A DNA stretch of 64,000 nucleotides, from positions 194,902 to 258,901 of the forward strand of contig CAVUNQ010000028.1 in assembly GCA_963742885.1 (NCBI GenBank), written 5' to 3'. A program made the position numbers and the translations under genes. Origin of the DNA: an uncultured Planctomycetota bacterium. GTDB lineage: Bacteria > Planctomycetota > Planctomycetia > Isosphaerales > Isosphaeraceae. The notes beneath the pieces were generated by a model. It ran no database searches. It was not told the origin of the DNA and saw nothing but the letters and a program-made list of their open reading frames with translations. Within the stretch, counting starts at the first letter, position 1. Each line of letters begins with the position of its first letter. This document shows, in pieces, positions 31,331 through 40,206 of this stretch.

Positions 31331-32671
31331 GTGAAGACCCTGTATCGTGGTGCGCTCGTGTTGTGGCTGGTCTCCGGTTTCGGGCTCCACGCCTACTTCT
31401 CTCGTGCCGCCCAGGGGCCAGCCGAAGTCGAGGAGAAGCGCAACCTCCACCTGCGTCAGTTCGAGGACAACGACGATGTGGCCCGTCAGATTCGCACGGC
31501 CCACTGGAACGCCCAGGCGAGGGCAACGGGCGCGTATGGCGTCTGGGCCCTCGTCGGCTTCGTGCTGGCGATCCGCGGCGTGCACTCGATGTTCCGCCGG
31601 GCGGACCGCGTGGCCGACATCGAGAAGTTCCTGGCGGCCTCGCTGGTGCTGATCCTGCTGCCCGGCTGCATGCGCCAGCCGTTCGAGCCGGTGAAGCTCG
31701 AGACGATCGGTCCCAATGAGGAGGGTTTCCTGATCCCCTACACCGGGGACACGAAGAAACAGACCTCGACCAACAACGAGGAGTTCCTCCGCGCGAACCT
31801 GGTGGCGACCAAGCAGATCCGGGTGCCCCAGCAGTGGATCCAGCTCGGTTACGAGACGACGGCGTGGAACGGCGAGTGGCGGGATGCCGCCAAGCTGATC
31901 AAGGTGGACAAGAGCCCCGTCACTCGCGAGTGGACCGCCGACCCGAATACGGGCACCAGCAAACGAAACGAGGCGATCTGGGTCATGACCGCCGACCAGG
32001 TGGAGTTCAGCACCGGCTGGACCTGCACGGCCCGGATCGCCACGCGCGACGACGCGGTGAAGTTCTTGCACAATTATCCGTCGGGCTCGCTGCAATCGGT
32101 GATGGACACCGAGGTGCTGGCCAAGCTCCAGGCCGAATTCGGCCTGGAGGTGACCGACCTGCCCATGGACGAGTTGCGCAAGAACGCCACGCCGCACCTG
32201 AAGCGCGTGGTCGAGACGTTGATCAAGTTCTTCTCCGAGCGCGGGATCACGATCACCAACCTCGGCATCTCGGGCGGCTTCGTCTACAAGGACAAGGCCA
32301 TCCAGGACATGCTGGTGAAGGTGTTCAATGCCGAGCAGCAGAAGAGCACCTCGATCGCCAGGACGCAGGCGCAGATGGAGGACAACAAGCGGATCCTGCT
32401 CGAGGCCGACGGCAAGGCCAAGGCGATCCTGGCCGAGAAGAAAGCCGAGGCCGATGGCATCAAGGCCGTCGCCGACGCCAAGGCCTACGAGATCACCAAG
32501 GCCAAGGAGGACCTGGCGACGTACCTGAGGCTCAAGCAGATCGAGTTGGAGGCCAAGCGGACCGAGAAGTGGGATGGCAAGTTCCCCGTGTACTACATGG
32601 GGACCGCCGGCAGCACGCCCGACCTGCTCCTCCAGGTGCCGGCCGGGCCGATCGAGACGGCCAATAAATGA
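31331..32671 (+). CDS. SPFH (band 7/flotillin-like) domain lipoprotein; the N-terminal 85 aa 2-TM segment may be a separate small ORF
   Basis: Internal lipobox MFRRADRVADIEKFLAASLVLILLPGC at about 31589. C-terminal coiled-coil AEQQKSTSIARTQAQMEDNKRILLEADGKAKAILAEKKAEADGIKAVADAKAYEITKAKEDLATYLRLKQIELEAKRTEKWDGKFPVYYMG resembles SPFH C-terminal regions. The first 85 aa have two hydrophobic helices in-frame upstream. Confidence 0.5.
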   Translation: MKTLYRGALVLWLVSGFGLHAYFSRAAQGPAEVEEKRNLHLRQFEDNDDVARQIRTAHWNAQARATGAYGVWALVGFVLAIRGVHSMFRRADRVADIEKFLAASLVLILLPGCMRQPFEPVKLETIGPNEEGFLIPYTGDTKKQTSTNNEEFLRANLVATKQIRVPQQWIQLGYETTAWNGEWRDAAKLIKVDKSPVTREWTADPNTGTSKRNEAIWVMTADQVEFSTGWTCTARIATRDDAVKFLHNYPSGSLQSVMDTEVLAKLQAEFGLEVTDLPMDELRKNATPHLKRVVETLIKFFSERGITITNLGISGGFVYKDKAIQDMLVKVFNAEQQKSTSIARTQAQMEDNKRILLEADGKAKAILAEKKAEADGIKAVADAKAYEITKAKEDLATYLRLKQIELEAKRTEKWDGKFPVYYMGTAGSTPDLLLQVPAGPIETANK

Positions 32672-32985
32672 GTCAACCGACGAGGGGGCGGGACGGATGC
32701 CGCCCCCTCGTCGTGCGCGCCGGGATCGTGGGGTCGAGCTGCTTGCCGGCCGGTCCGATCGGCCCGGTTCGGCGCAGGGCTCCCGACCCCGCCGTCGGCG
32801 CGACTCTGGATCTCCACGATCGGTCCGGTACGCCCCGGTCCCGTCGGATCCGAGTGGGAGACCGACGGTCCGGCCGGCGGACGATCGCGCACCTCGGCCC
32901 GCGGGATAAAACTTACGTCATTATCAGATGTTACACGCGGGGCGATTCCGTGCGTTTCACGGGTTGTCAGCACGGCAGGCGGATC

Positions 32986-33501
32986 CTATCGCTCGCCGCT
33001 CTTGGTGAGCCGGCGTCTCCCGGGAACCTTCGATTTCGGGCCGGCCTCGGCAGGCGCCGACTCTTCCGGGGCCTCTTTCGGCCGGGGTCGACGCGCCGAC
33101 ACCTTGTTCCCCTTCCCCGGGATGGCCGAAGGTACGGTCCGACTGATCGCAGATTCCGCTACAGAATTTGACGGTCCTTCGCGGGCGAACGTCAACTTGA
33201 GGTGCTCCTCGATCAAGCTGTTGAGGCTCAAGCCCCGCTCCTCCGCGGCGTGGGAAATCGCCCGATGGAGATTCGGGTCGATGCGCAGGACGAATTGCCC
33301 GGAGTACGGTCTCTCCGGGCTCTCGCCGCGCTCCACGCAAAGCTCGAGGTAGACATCCACGGAGTCGTGGAACGCCTGGATCACCTCCGGAACAGAATCA
33401 CCCTGGAAGGTGATGAAGTCACGGAGACCCACGACGCGCCCGAAGAGGCTACCGGACTCCTCATCGAACTCGACGATCCCCGTGTACCCCTTGTATTTCA
33501 T
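32986..33501 (-). CDS. hicB: Type II toxin-antitoxin system HicB family antitoxin
   Basis: MKYKGYTGIVEFDEESGSLFGRVVGLRDFITFQGDSVPEVIQAFHDSVDVYLELCVERGESPERPYSGQFVLRIDPNLHRAISHAA... is an HicB N-terminal domain plus a C-terminal RHH-like DNA-binding segment. It overlaps hicA by 4 nt (ATGA). Confidence 0.8.
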   Translation of the reverse strand: MKYKGYTGIVEFDEESGSLFGRVVGLRDFITFQGDSVPEVIQAFHDSVDVYLELCVERGESPERPYSGQFVLRIDPNLHRAISHAAEERGLSLNSLIEEHLKLTFAREGPSNSVAESAISRTVPSAIPGKGNKVSARRPRPKEAPEESAPAEAGPKSKVPGRRRLTKSGER

Positions 33502-33764
33502 TCCTGGTCCGGGGGTTCGACCCCGGCCTCGATGAGGAAGCCTCGCAACCCCCGGACCATCGGCTTGCCGATCTCATTGCCGGGGTGGGGCCTGTGGAGC
33601 ACGGCCTTGCGCTCGTTCAGGACGACGCTCACACGGGAGCCCCTGGCTTCGGTCAGTTCGGCCCCGAGTGCGATGAGCAACGATTCCACATCGTGCCAGG
33701 CGATGTTCGCGCGCACCGGGTCCGCGAAGAGTCCCTCGAGGGTTCTCCTCTGTGACTTATTCAA
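33498..33764 (-). CDS. hicA: Type II toxin-antitoxin system HicA family toxin
   Basis: 88 aa: MNKSQRRTLEGLFADPVRANIAWHDVESLLIALGAELTEARGSRVSVVLN-RKAVLHRPHPGNEIGKPMVRGLRGFL, the YcfA/HicA dsRBD-like fold. It lies upstream of, and translationally coupled to, hicB. Confidence 0.75.
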   Translation of the reverse strand: MNKSQRRTLEGLFADPVRANIAWHDVESLLIALGAELTEARGSRVSVVLNERKAVLHRPHPGNEIGKPMVRGLRGFLIEAGVEPPDQE

Positions 33765-33997
33765 ATCTAGTTCCCAATGGTTTGTTTCAATCCACTCCCC
33801 GTGAAAGAGAAGGGGGAGAATATCGCCGTATCAGTCTAGAGCGGGGATACGGCCGTGGATAACCGCTGGGGGGCGGTCGAACGGGTTGATAGTACCACAG
33901 GGAAATATCATCGTCAACGCGGGTCGTCGGCTACGCTGGCGACGACCCGCCTGATTGGGAGTCCCTCCCCTGCCCCCGCCCTCCGCCCGGCCCTCTA

Positions 33998-34087
33998 CTG
34001 ACCTTCAGGTAAGTCGCTTTCAAGGGATTCCTCGATTCTCGGGCAGAATAGAGGGCAGGAGGGTAAAGCGACTTACCTGAAGGTCAG
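33998..34087. repeat. Perfect 23-bp inverted repeat (ctgaccttcaggtaagtcgcttt / aaagcgacttacctgaaggtcag) with a 44-nt spacer
   Basis: Read directly from the sequence: the left arm at 33998-34020 and the right arm at 34065-34087 are exact reverse complements. It lies between the GH5 gene 3' end and the hicAB promoter region. No adjacent T-tract. Confidence 0.9.
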
Positions 34088-34217
34088 TGGCCGGGCGCGA
34101 CTCCGCCGCCCGCCCCCGGGCCGGGCGGAAAGACGATTATCTGCTAACTGTACTCGCCCATGTTCCCCTGAAATCTGATGCGTAAGCCCTGGTGGCCGGC
34201 GTTTTTCGGGCCTCCGC

Positions 34218-35906
34218 TCACCGGCCCCCCCGCGTCGAGGACCGCCCGAAGAGCGCCTCGGGCATGCCCGGCTCGGGCCGGCCGGCCTTCTCGTCCCAGT
34301 AGCGGAATCCGGCCTTCCAGTCCCAGATCGCCCAGCCCATCCCGGCCTTCTCGGCCGCCTGGCGGAACGTCCGGTAGAAGTTGCGCGCGAGGCGGGATCG
34401 GCCGTCGTGAAACAGCCGAACTCGCCGATGTGGATCGGCCGGCCATAGTACTCCGACCATTCCCGAGCCTTGTCGACGGCCGTCTGGATGGGGCTCGGTC
34501 CGCTCGGGTTCGTGGCCGACGGCTCGGTGTTGTATCGCTTGACCCAGTCGAGGACCCACTTGTTGACCTTGAGTTTCGGGTCGGGGACCAGCGGCGTGCG
34601 CGGCGGCCCGGGGAAGATGATCCCTGTGACCTTGGTGTCCGGCCCCGACCAGGTCGCCCCCTGGTGCGTGAAGTAGAACGGCTCGTAGCTGTGCACGGCG
34701 ACGATGAGGTTCTGGTCGTCGTCGGGGAGCCGGAGCCGGCCCAGCTCGTCGATGCTGTTCCACTTCCCCGGCCCGACGAAGATCGTGCGATTCGGGTCGA
34801 TCTTGCGGATGTGGCGGATGGCCTCGGCCCAGATCGGGTTGATGACCTCGGTCGTCGCGGCGTCCTTGGGCTCGTTCAGCAGCTCGAGCGCCAGGCCCTC
34901 GGGCGCCCTGGCGTAGTGGGCAGCGAGCTGGTCCCAGATCGCCAGGAACTTGGGAGTCTGCCCCCTGGGGTCGGTGGTGAAGTCATCGAAGTGGTGGATG
35001 TTGACGATCACGCCCAGTCCTTGCTTCAGGGCGGCGTCGATCAGCTCATCGGCGCGGGCGTAGATCTCGGGCTTGATGCGGTACTCGGGGGCGGGCCCGG
35101 TATAGTGGTGCCAGCCGACGGGGATACGGACGTGGTCGAAGCCCTCCTGGCGGATGAGACGGAGGTCGTCGGGGGTGTAGTGGACGCCCCAATCCTGGCC
35201 CGGAGGGGCCTCGAGGCCATTGCCCAGGTTGGCCCCGTGGAGGAACCTCTTGATGGCCCGATGGGCGGGCGACGATCTGCCGGCGATCCGCTTCATCTCG
35301 ATGAAGCCCTCGGGCCGGACCGCGCGGGCGGCCAGGTGGATCGTCACCGGACGGCCGCCGGTGACCTGGATCTGCGCGGAGAGCGTCTGGTTGTGCCATG
35401 TCCGGGCGTAGTGGGTCCCCTCGACGGCCGGCACCTCGCGCGTCTGGGATTGCACGATCCCCTGACCCTGCCAGGCCGGTGCATCCCCCCGCCCCGGCTC
35501 GAAACCGCCGCGATGCAGCCTGGCCCCTTCGACCCGGATATCGTCCCACAAGACCTCCTGCCGGGAGATCTCGCCCTTCCCGGCCTCCTCGTACGGTCCC
35601 ATCAGCGTGAGGTTCACCGGGCCGGAACCCGCTGGGGTGAACCGGATCGCCGCCGTCCTCCAGCCGCGGTGGTTCAGCGGGAAGCTGACCGTGTAGGATC
35701 GCGATCGGTCGGCCTCGGGCACCCAGTTCATCCGACTGACCGTCGCGCCCCCTTCGAGCGCGCAGGCCGTCGTCGAGTGTCCGGACGGCCGCATCGGCCG
35801 AGAGGTCGAACCGCGCCGATTCGGCCAGCTTGACCGGTTCGGCCGCGTCGGTGGCCGGGGCGATCGCCGTCATCGCGGACAGCAGGATCAGAGTGCGACG
35901 AATCAT
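34218..35906 (-). CDS. Glycoside hydrolase family 5 (cellulase-like) secreted enzyme, 2 frame shifts
   Basis: Signal peptide MIRRTLILLSAMTAIAPATDAA (ORF 35046..35906). GH5 motifs HVRIPVGW, LELLNEP (acid/base NEP), HSYEPF and IGEFG follow. The C-terminus ...GWAIWDWKAGFRYWDEKAG is in a third frame (ORF 34218..34763). Frame breaks fall near 35780 and 34400. Confidence 0.75.
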
Positions 35907-35969
35907 GGGGGATTCCTCCTGGCAGGGATAACCTTCTACCGCCGGATCACTTGCTCTGGCAATGGGCCG

Positions 35970-37721
35970 TCAGGTGATGTTTGTTCCCTCGCATGAGCAC
36001 GACGACCTCGACGCCGAAGACGTGATCGGGCGCACGACTTCCTGGGACTCGGCGTAGAGGTCGAGCGTCCATTTGCCCGAGAAGGCGCCGACGGTTCGCA
36101 TCTGGGCGCGGTTCTTGAGTACGTGGTTGGCGACGACGGCGACCGGCCAGGAGCGGGGAACGGGCTTGGTGGTCCAGAGCACGCCGCCACCGGTGATGGT
36201 GATCTCCTCGATGATCGCCGCCGACGGGAGGTCGAGGGCGAGCTGGAAATGCTCGTCCTTGCCGCCGCCCGGACCGATCTGCCGGATCGAGGTGCCGGAG
36301 TGATCGTCGTCGCGGTCGAGCCAGTTGAAGGAGACGATCGTGGCACCACCGCTCGATGGCTTGATGAGGACGGGGATATCCGTCGGCTGGCGTCCGGACG
36401 GTGAGGGATCCGGACTCGTCGCGGGTTGCGGCTGTCGCGCGGGCGCGGCGGCGGGGCTGGGCGCGGGGCTCGACGGGATCGCGGGGGCCGTCGGCCGCGG
36501 CCGGGCGTCCGCCAGCGCGCCGAACGGCTGCTCGGGCCGCGTGCATCGCGAGGACAGGGGCACGCGGCGGCCGTCGATCGAGAGGGCGACCTGGAGTTCG
36601 ATCGCGACGCTAGCTGCGGGCTCGGCGCCGGGGCTGATGTACAGGTCGAAGGTCTGCGGACCGGAGAAGAAGCCGACCTGTGCGACGTACGACCGGAAGA
36701 CCGCCCGTCCGTCCTGGTAGATGGCGATCGGCCCCCACTGGTCGCTGGACTGCGTGACCCATCGGTTCGTCGGCCCGTTGCTGATGGCAAGCGACTCGAT
36801 GATCGTCCTGGGCGGCAGGTCGAGCCGGAGCCGGAAATGCTGGTCGTTGGTGCCATCGGGGCCGGGGGCCGCTCCCGGGCCGCCGACGTTGTCCGTATCG
36901 GCATCGACCCATTCGAACAGCTTGATCGACGCGCCTCCGGACGACGCGGGCGCGGCGGGCGAACCGCCGAGGCCCCGGACATCGGCATCCCGGGGTGTCC
37001 CGCCCATCCCGCCGAGATCGGCCTCGACGGTCGCGGTGGCCGGTTCGGGGATGTTGTAGAAACTGAGCGGCGCGGCCTGATCCGCCGGTGCGACGGGCGG
37101 GTTGGGCTCGGTCGTCGGCTGTGGGGGCGAGCCAGGCGGTCGGCCGGCAGTCGGCGGCGGCGGTCCAGCGGGGAATCCGGGGCCGGGGCCCCCGTCCAGC
37201 AGCTCGAACGAGTCGAGGAAGCTCTCCATGGTTTCGGGCGTGATCCGCCCGCGTGGCCCGGCGACGGTTAGCTGGTAGAGTCGCGCACCGACCAGGTAGA
37301 TCCTCGTCCGGCCGGTCAGCTTGCCGGCCGGGTGTCCTTCCTGGGTCTCGAAGGCCACCTCGCGGCCGGGATGGCCATTCTTCGCAATCGGCATCTTGCT
37401 CTGGATCACCAGGTTCGACCCGGTGGCAAACCCCTGGCAGGCGCCGTCGAGCATCCGGTCCTTGTTGCCCAGGTGGATCAGCCCGCCGGGGAAGTCGGCG
37501 TACGCGACCGTGCGCTCGGTCTGCGACCAGTCCTTCGTGGTCGCGACCTTGTTGATGATCGGTCCCAGGGGAGTCTGCTCCGTCCGATCGGCGACCTTCG
37601 GCTTCCCCGGGAACTGGACGCGGTATCGCCCCTCCGGGGACATATATTCCTGGCTGGTCGTCCCGCCGCAGCCGGTCGCGACGATCGCCAGCAAGAGCTG
37701 GGCCAGGTTCCGTCCGCGCAT
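35970..37721 (-). CDS. Hypothetical lipoprotein with internal domain duplication and Pro-rich linker
   Basis: Lipobox MRGRNLAQLLLAIVATGCGG. Two similar modules (HFRLRLDLPPRTIIESLAISNGP...WGPIAIYQDG and HFQLALDLPSAAIIEEITITGGG...WPVAVVANH) are separated by P/A/S-rich linkers. The 3' end may extend about 20 nt further via a frameshift. Confidence 0.5.
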   Translation of the reverse strand: MRGRNLAQLLLAIVATGCGGTTSQEYMSPEGRYRVQFPGKPKVADRTEQTPLGPIINKVATTKDWSQTERTVAYADFPGGLIHLGNKDRMLDGACQGFATGSNLVIQSKMPIAKNGHPGREVAFETQEGHPAGKLTGRTRIYLVGARLYQLTVAGPRGRITPETMESFLDSFELLDGGPGPGFPAGPPPPTAGRPPGSPPQPTTEPNPPVAPADQAAPLSFYNIPEPATATVEADLGGMGGTPRDADVRGLGGSPAAPASSGGASIKLFEWVDADTDNVGGPGAAPGPDGTNDQHFRLRLDLPPRTIIESLAISNGPTNRWVTQSSDQWGPIAIYQDGRAVFRSYVAQVGFFSGPQTFDLYISPGAEPAASVAIELQVALSIDGRRVPLSSRCTRPEQPFGALADARPRPTAPAIPSSPAPSPAAAPARQPQPATSPDPSPSGRQPTDIPVLIKPSSGGATIVSFNWLDRDDDHSGTSIRQIGPGGGKDEHFQLALDLPSAAIIEEITITGGGVLWTTKPVPRSWPVAVVANHVLKNRAQMRTVGAFSGKWTLDLYAESQEVVRPITSSASRSSCSCEGTNIT

Positions 37722-37994
37722 CGAATCGCCCCTCCCCGAGAATGCCGGGCTCATGGTCATCGGGCCGGCGGCCGAAATGGCCCCATCCAGTTTGGCGGCG
37801 CGGGCCGGACGACGCAAGACATCACGATCTCGCCCTGAGGGCGTCGAAAGCCGAGGGACCTCGCTATAATGAAGGAGAGGGACGCGAGCGTCCCGGGGAT
37901 CGGGAACCCGGCGGCGGACTCTCCCGCGCCGGCCGGCCCCGACCTGCGGTCGAGCCGATCAGTACGGGTCCCTCGGATAAAGGACGACCCACGA

Positions 37995-39148
37995 ATGACG
38001 CCTGCAACCACGACCCGGCGCCGGTTCTTAGGCCGCGGTGCGCAGACCCTCGGCTTGATGGCCTGCGCGGCGCCCGGCCGGCCTGGGCTCTCGTCGACGA
38101 CGGACCGGCCAAAGGCCCGGCTTCGGAACCGGCCGCCGCCGCGAAGCTGATCGAGAGGGGCGTCGCGTTCCTCCGACCCCGGCAGGACGCCAAGGGCGGC
38201 TGGTCCACGCAGCGCGAGCCGGGCGTCACCGCCCTGGTCGTCACCGCGATGTTGCGCTCTGGCCACGTTGCACCCGCCGACCCGGCGGTCACCCGGGCCC
38301 TTACCTACCTCGAAGGGTTCATCGGACCCAACGGCGGACTCTCCGAGTCGGTGCACGCCAACTACACGACGTCGATCGCGCTGATCGCCTTCCATGAGGC
38401 GAATCGCAAGGGCCAGTACGACCGGACGATCAAGGCCGGCCAGACCTTCCTCAAGACCATGCAATGGGACGAGTCGGAAGGGAAGGGTCGCGACGACGCG
38501 TTCTACGGCGGCGCGGGCTACGGCGGCCGGAACAGCCGGCCCGACCTGTCCAACACCGCGTTCTTCATGGAAGCCCTCCGCGACACCGGCCTGCCCGCCG
38601 ACGACCCGAGCCTCAAGAAGGCACTGGTCTTCGTCTCGCGATGCCAGAACATGAAGGGCGAGTTCAACGACCAGGACTGGGCGTCGAAGGTCAACGACGG
38701 CGGATTCGTCTACACCGCCGCCAAGGGGGGCGAGAGCATGGCCGGGAAGACGGCCGACGGCGGGCTCCGCTCGTATGCCAGCATGACCTACGCGGGACTC
38801 AAGAGCATGATCTACGCGGGACTCGACCGGAACGATCCCCGGGTCAAGGCCGCGCTGACCTACATCACCCAGCATTACACCCTGGACGAGAACCCTGGGC
38901 TCGGGCAGCAGGGGCTGTATTACTACTACCATACCTTCGCCAAGACCATGGCCGTGCTCGGCGAGCCGACCCTGGTTGACGCCAAGGGCGTCTCGCACGA
39001 CTGGAAGGCCGAACTGGTCGCGGCGCTGGCCAAGCGGCAGGATCCCAACGGCGGCTGGGTCAACCTGGCCGACCGGTTCATGGAAGGCGATCCCAACCTG
39101 GTCACCGCCTATGCCCTGCTGGCGCTGGCCTATACCCGGAAGAAGTGA
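37995..39148 (+). CDS. Prenyltransferase/squalene-oxidase repeat protein (terpenoid cyclase-like alpha-alpha toroid), Tat signal, 1 frameshift
   Basis: Tat signal MTPATTTRRRFLGRGAQTLGLMACAAPG (ORF 37869 frame) joins the main frame of ORF 37742..39148 near position 38080. Repeated GGW/QDxxGGW motifs (DAKGGWSTQ, GPNGGLSES, QDPNGGWVN) and the end ...LVTAYALLALAY are typical of this repeat family. Confidence 0.6.
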
Positions 39149-39351
39149 TCGGCGGCGAGGGGCTCGTCTTCCCGATCGAAGCGGGCTCCTTCGTGGAGCG
39201 TCGTACTCGCACCTCGCTGAGTGCGGAGAACGGAGTGCAGAGGGATCGAGCGTCCGTATTTCGCACTCCGCTCTCCGTCATCTTGAATCGAATTCCTCAC
39301 GGCCTCACACCGGCCCGCGGCCATCGGGGTGGATGCCCCGACGGCCGGAGA

Positions 39352-40146
39352 TCACCCCATCGCCGGCAACGGCGGCGGCATGGCCTGCGCTTCCTCCGGG
39401 GCCGCCGGTTCCGCGACGGCCTCCGGTCGCGGCCAGTGCTCCAGCCGGACGTCCGCACCCTGGACCACCACGAACGGGCAGGGAGGATAGTCCGTCCAGG
39501 TCCCGCTGTTGATGTAGCGGACGCCGTCGTGCTCGGCCTCGAGGGCCAGGTGGGTGTGGCCGCAGGTGACGTATCGGTAACCCCGGCCCCGGGCGTACTC
39601 GATCGCGCGGTGCTCCACGAGCTGGCTATTGCGCTGCCATCGCTTCGAGATCCGGCGGATCCACCGGGCGGCTCGGTGCGGCATGTACTTCTGGATGTAG
39701 TAGAAGATCCCGCACGCCACCTCGGTCAACAGGGGATAGGCCGTGGTGAAGGTGTCGAACTGATCGCCGTGGAGGATCAGGAGCTGGACCTGGCCGTTGT
39801 CGTAGATGTACTCGTCCAGGATGTTGACGCCCACAATGTGGCTGATGGTGTCGGCCGACCCGTCGTGATTGCCCCGCACCCAGACCAGCCGGAAGTCGTC
39901 GCGGTCCGAATTGCGGCGGATGATCTTCAGGCAGGCGAAATGGCGCTTCGTCAGCCGCTTGAAGTTCAGGTCGTCGAAGATATCGCCGTTGATCACCAGC
40001 TCACGGCAGTGCTCGACGGCCCAGGTCAGGAACTCCTCGAGGAGCTTCGCCTGACAGACGTCGCTCCCGAGGTGCAAGTCGCTGATGACGATGCAGTCAT
40101 ACTCGGGCTCGCTCGGCGCGGGGGATTGATCGGCAAAGTCATTCAT
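39352..40146 (-). CDS. Calcineurin-like metallophosphoesterase (Lhr-associated MPE / LpxH-like)
   Basis: Motifs DLHLG, GDIFD, GNHD and GHTH are present; the 264-aa ORF is intact. Its start lies 60 nt downstream of the lhr stop on the same strand. Confidence 0.75.
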   Translation of the reverse strand: MNDFADQSPAPSEPEYDCIVISDLHLGSDVCQAKLLEEFLTWAVEHCRELVINGDIFDDLNFKRLTKRHFACLKIIRRNSDRDDFRLVWVRGNHDGSADTISHIVGVNILDEYIYDNGQVQLLILHGDQFDTFTTAYPLLTEVACGIFYYIQKYMPHRAARWIRRISKRWQRNSQLVEHRAIEYARGRGYRYVTCGHTHLALEAEHDGVRYINSGTWTDYPPCPFVVVQGADVRLEHWPRPEAVAEPAAPEEAQAMPPPLPAMG

Positions 40147-40206
40147 CGCTGGGCTCCGAGTGCATCTCCGGGACGGGATCTCGGGGGCGTACCTGGGGTC
40201 CGACGA

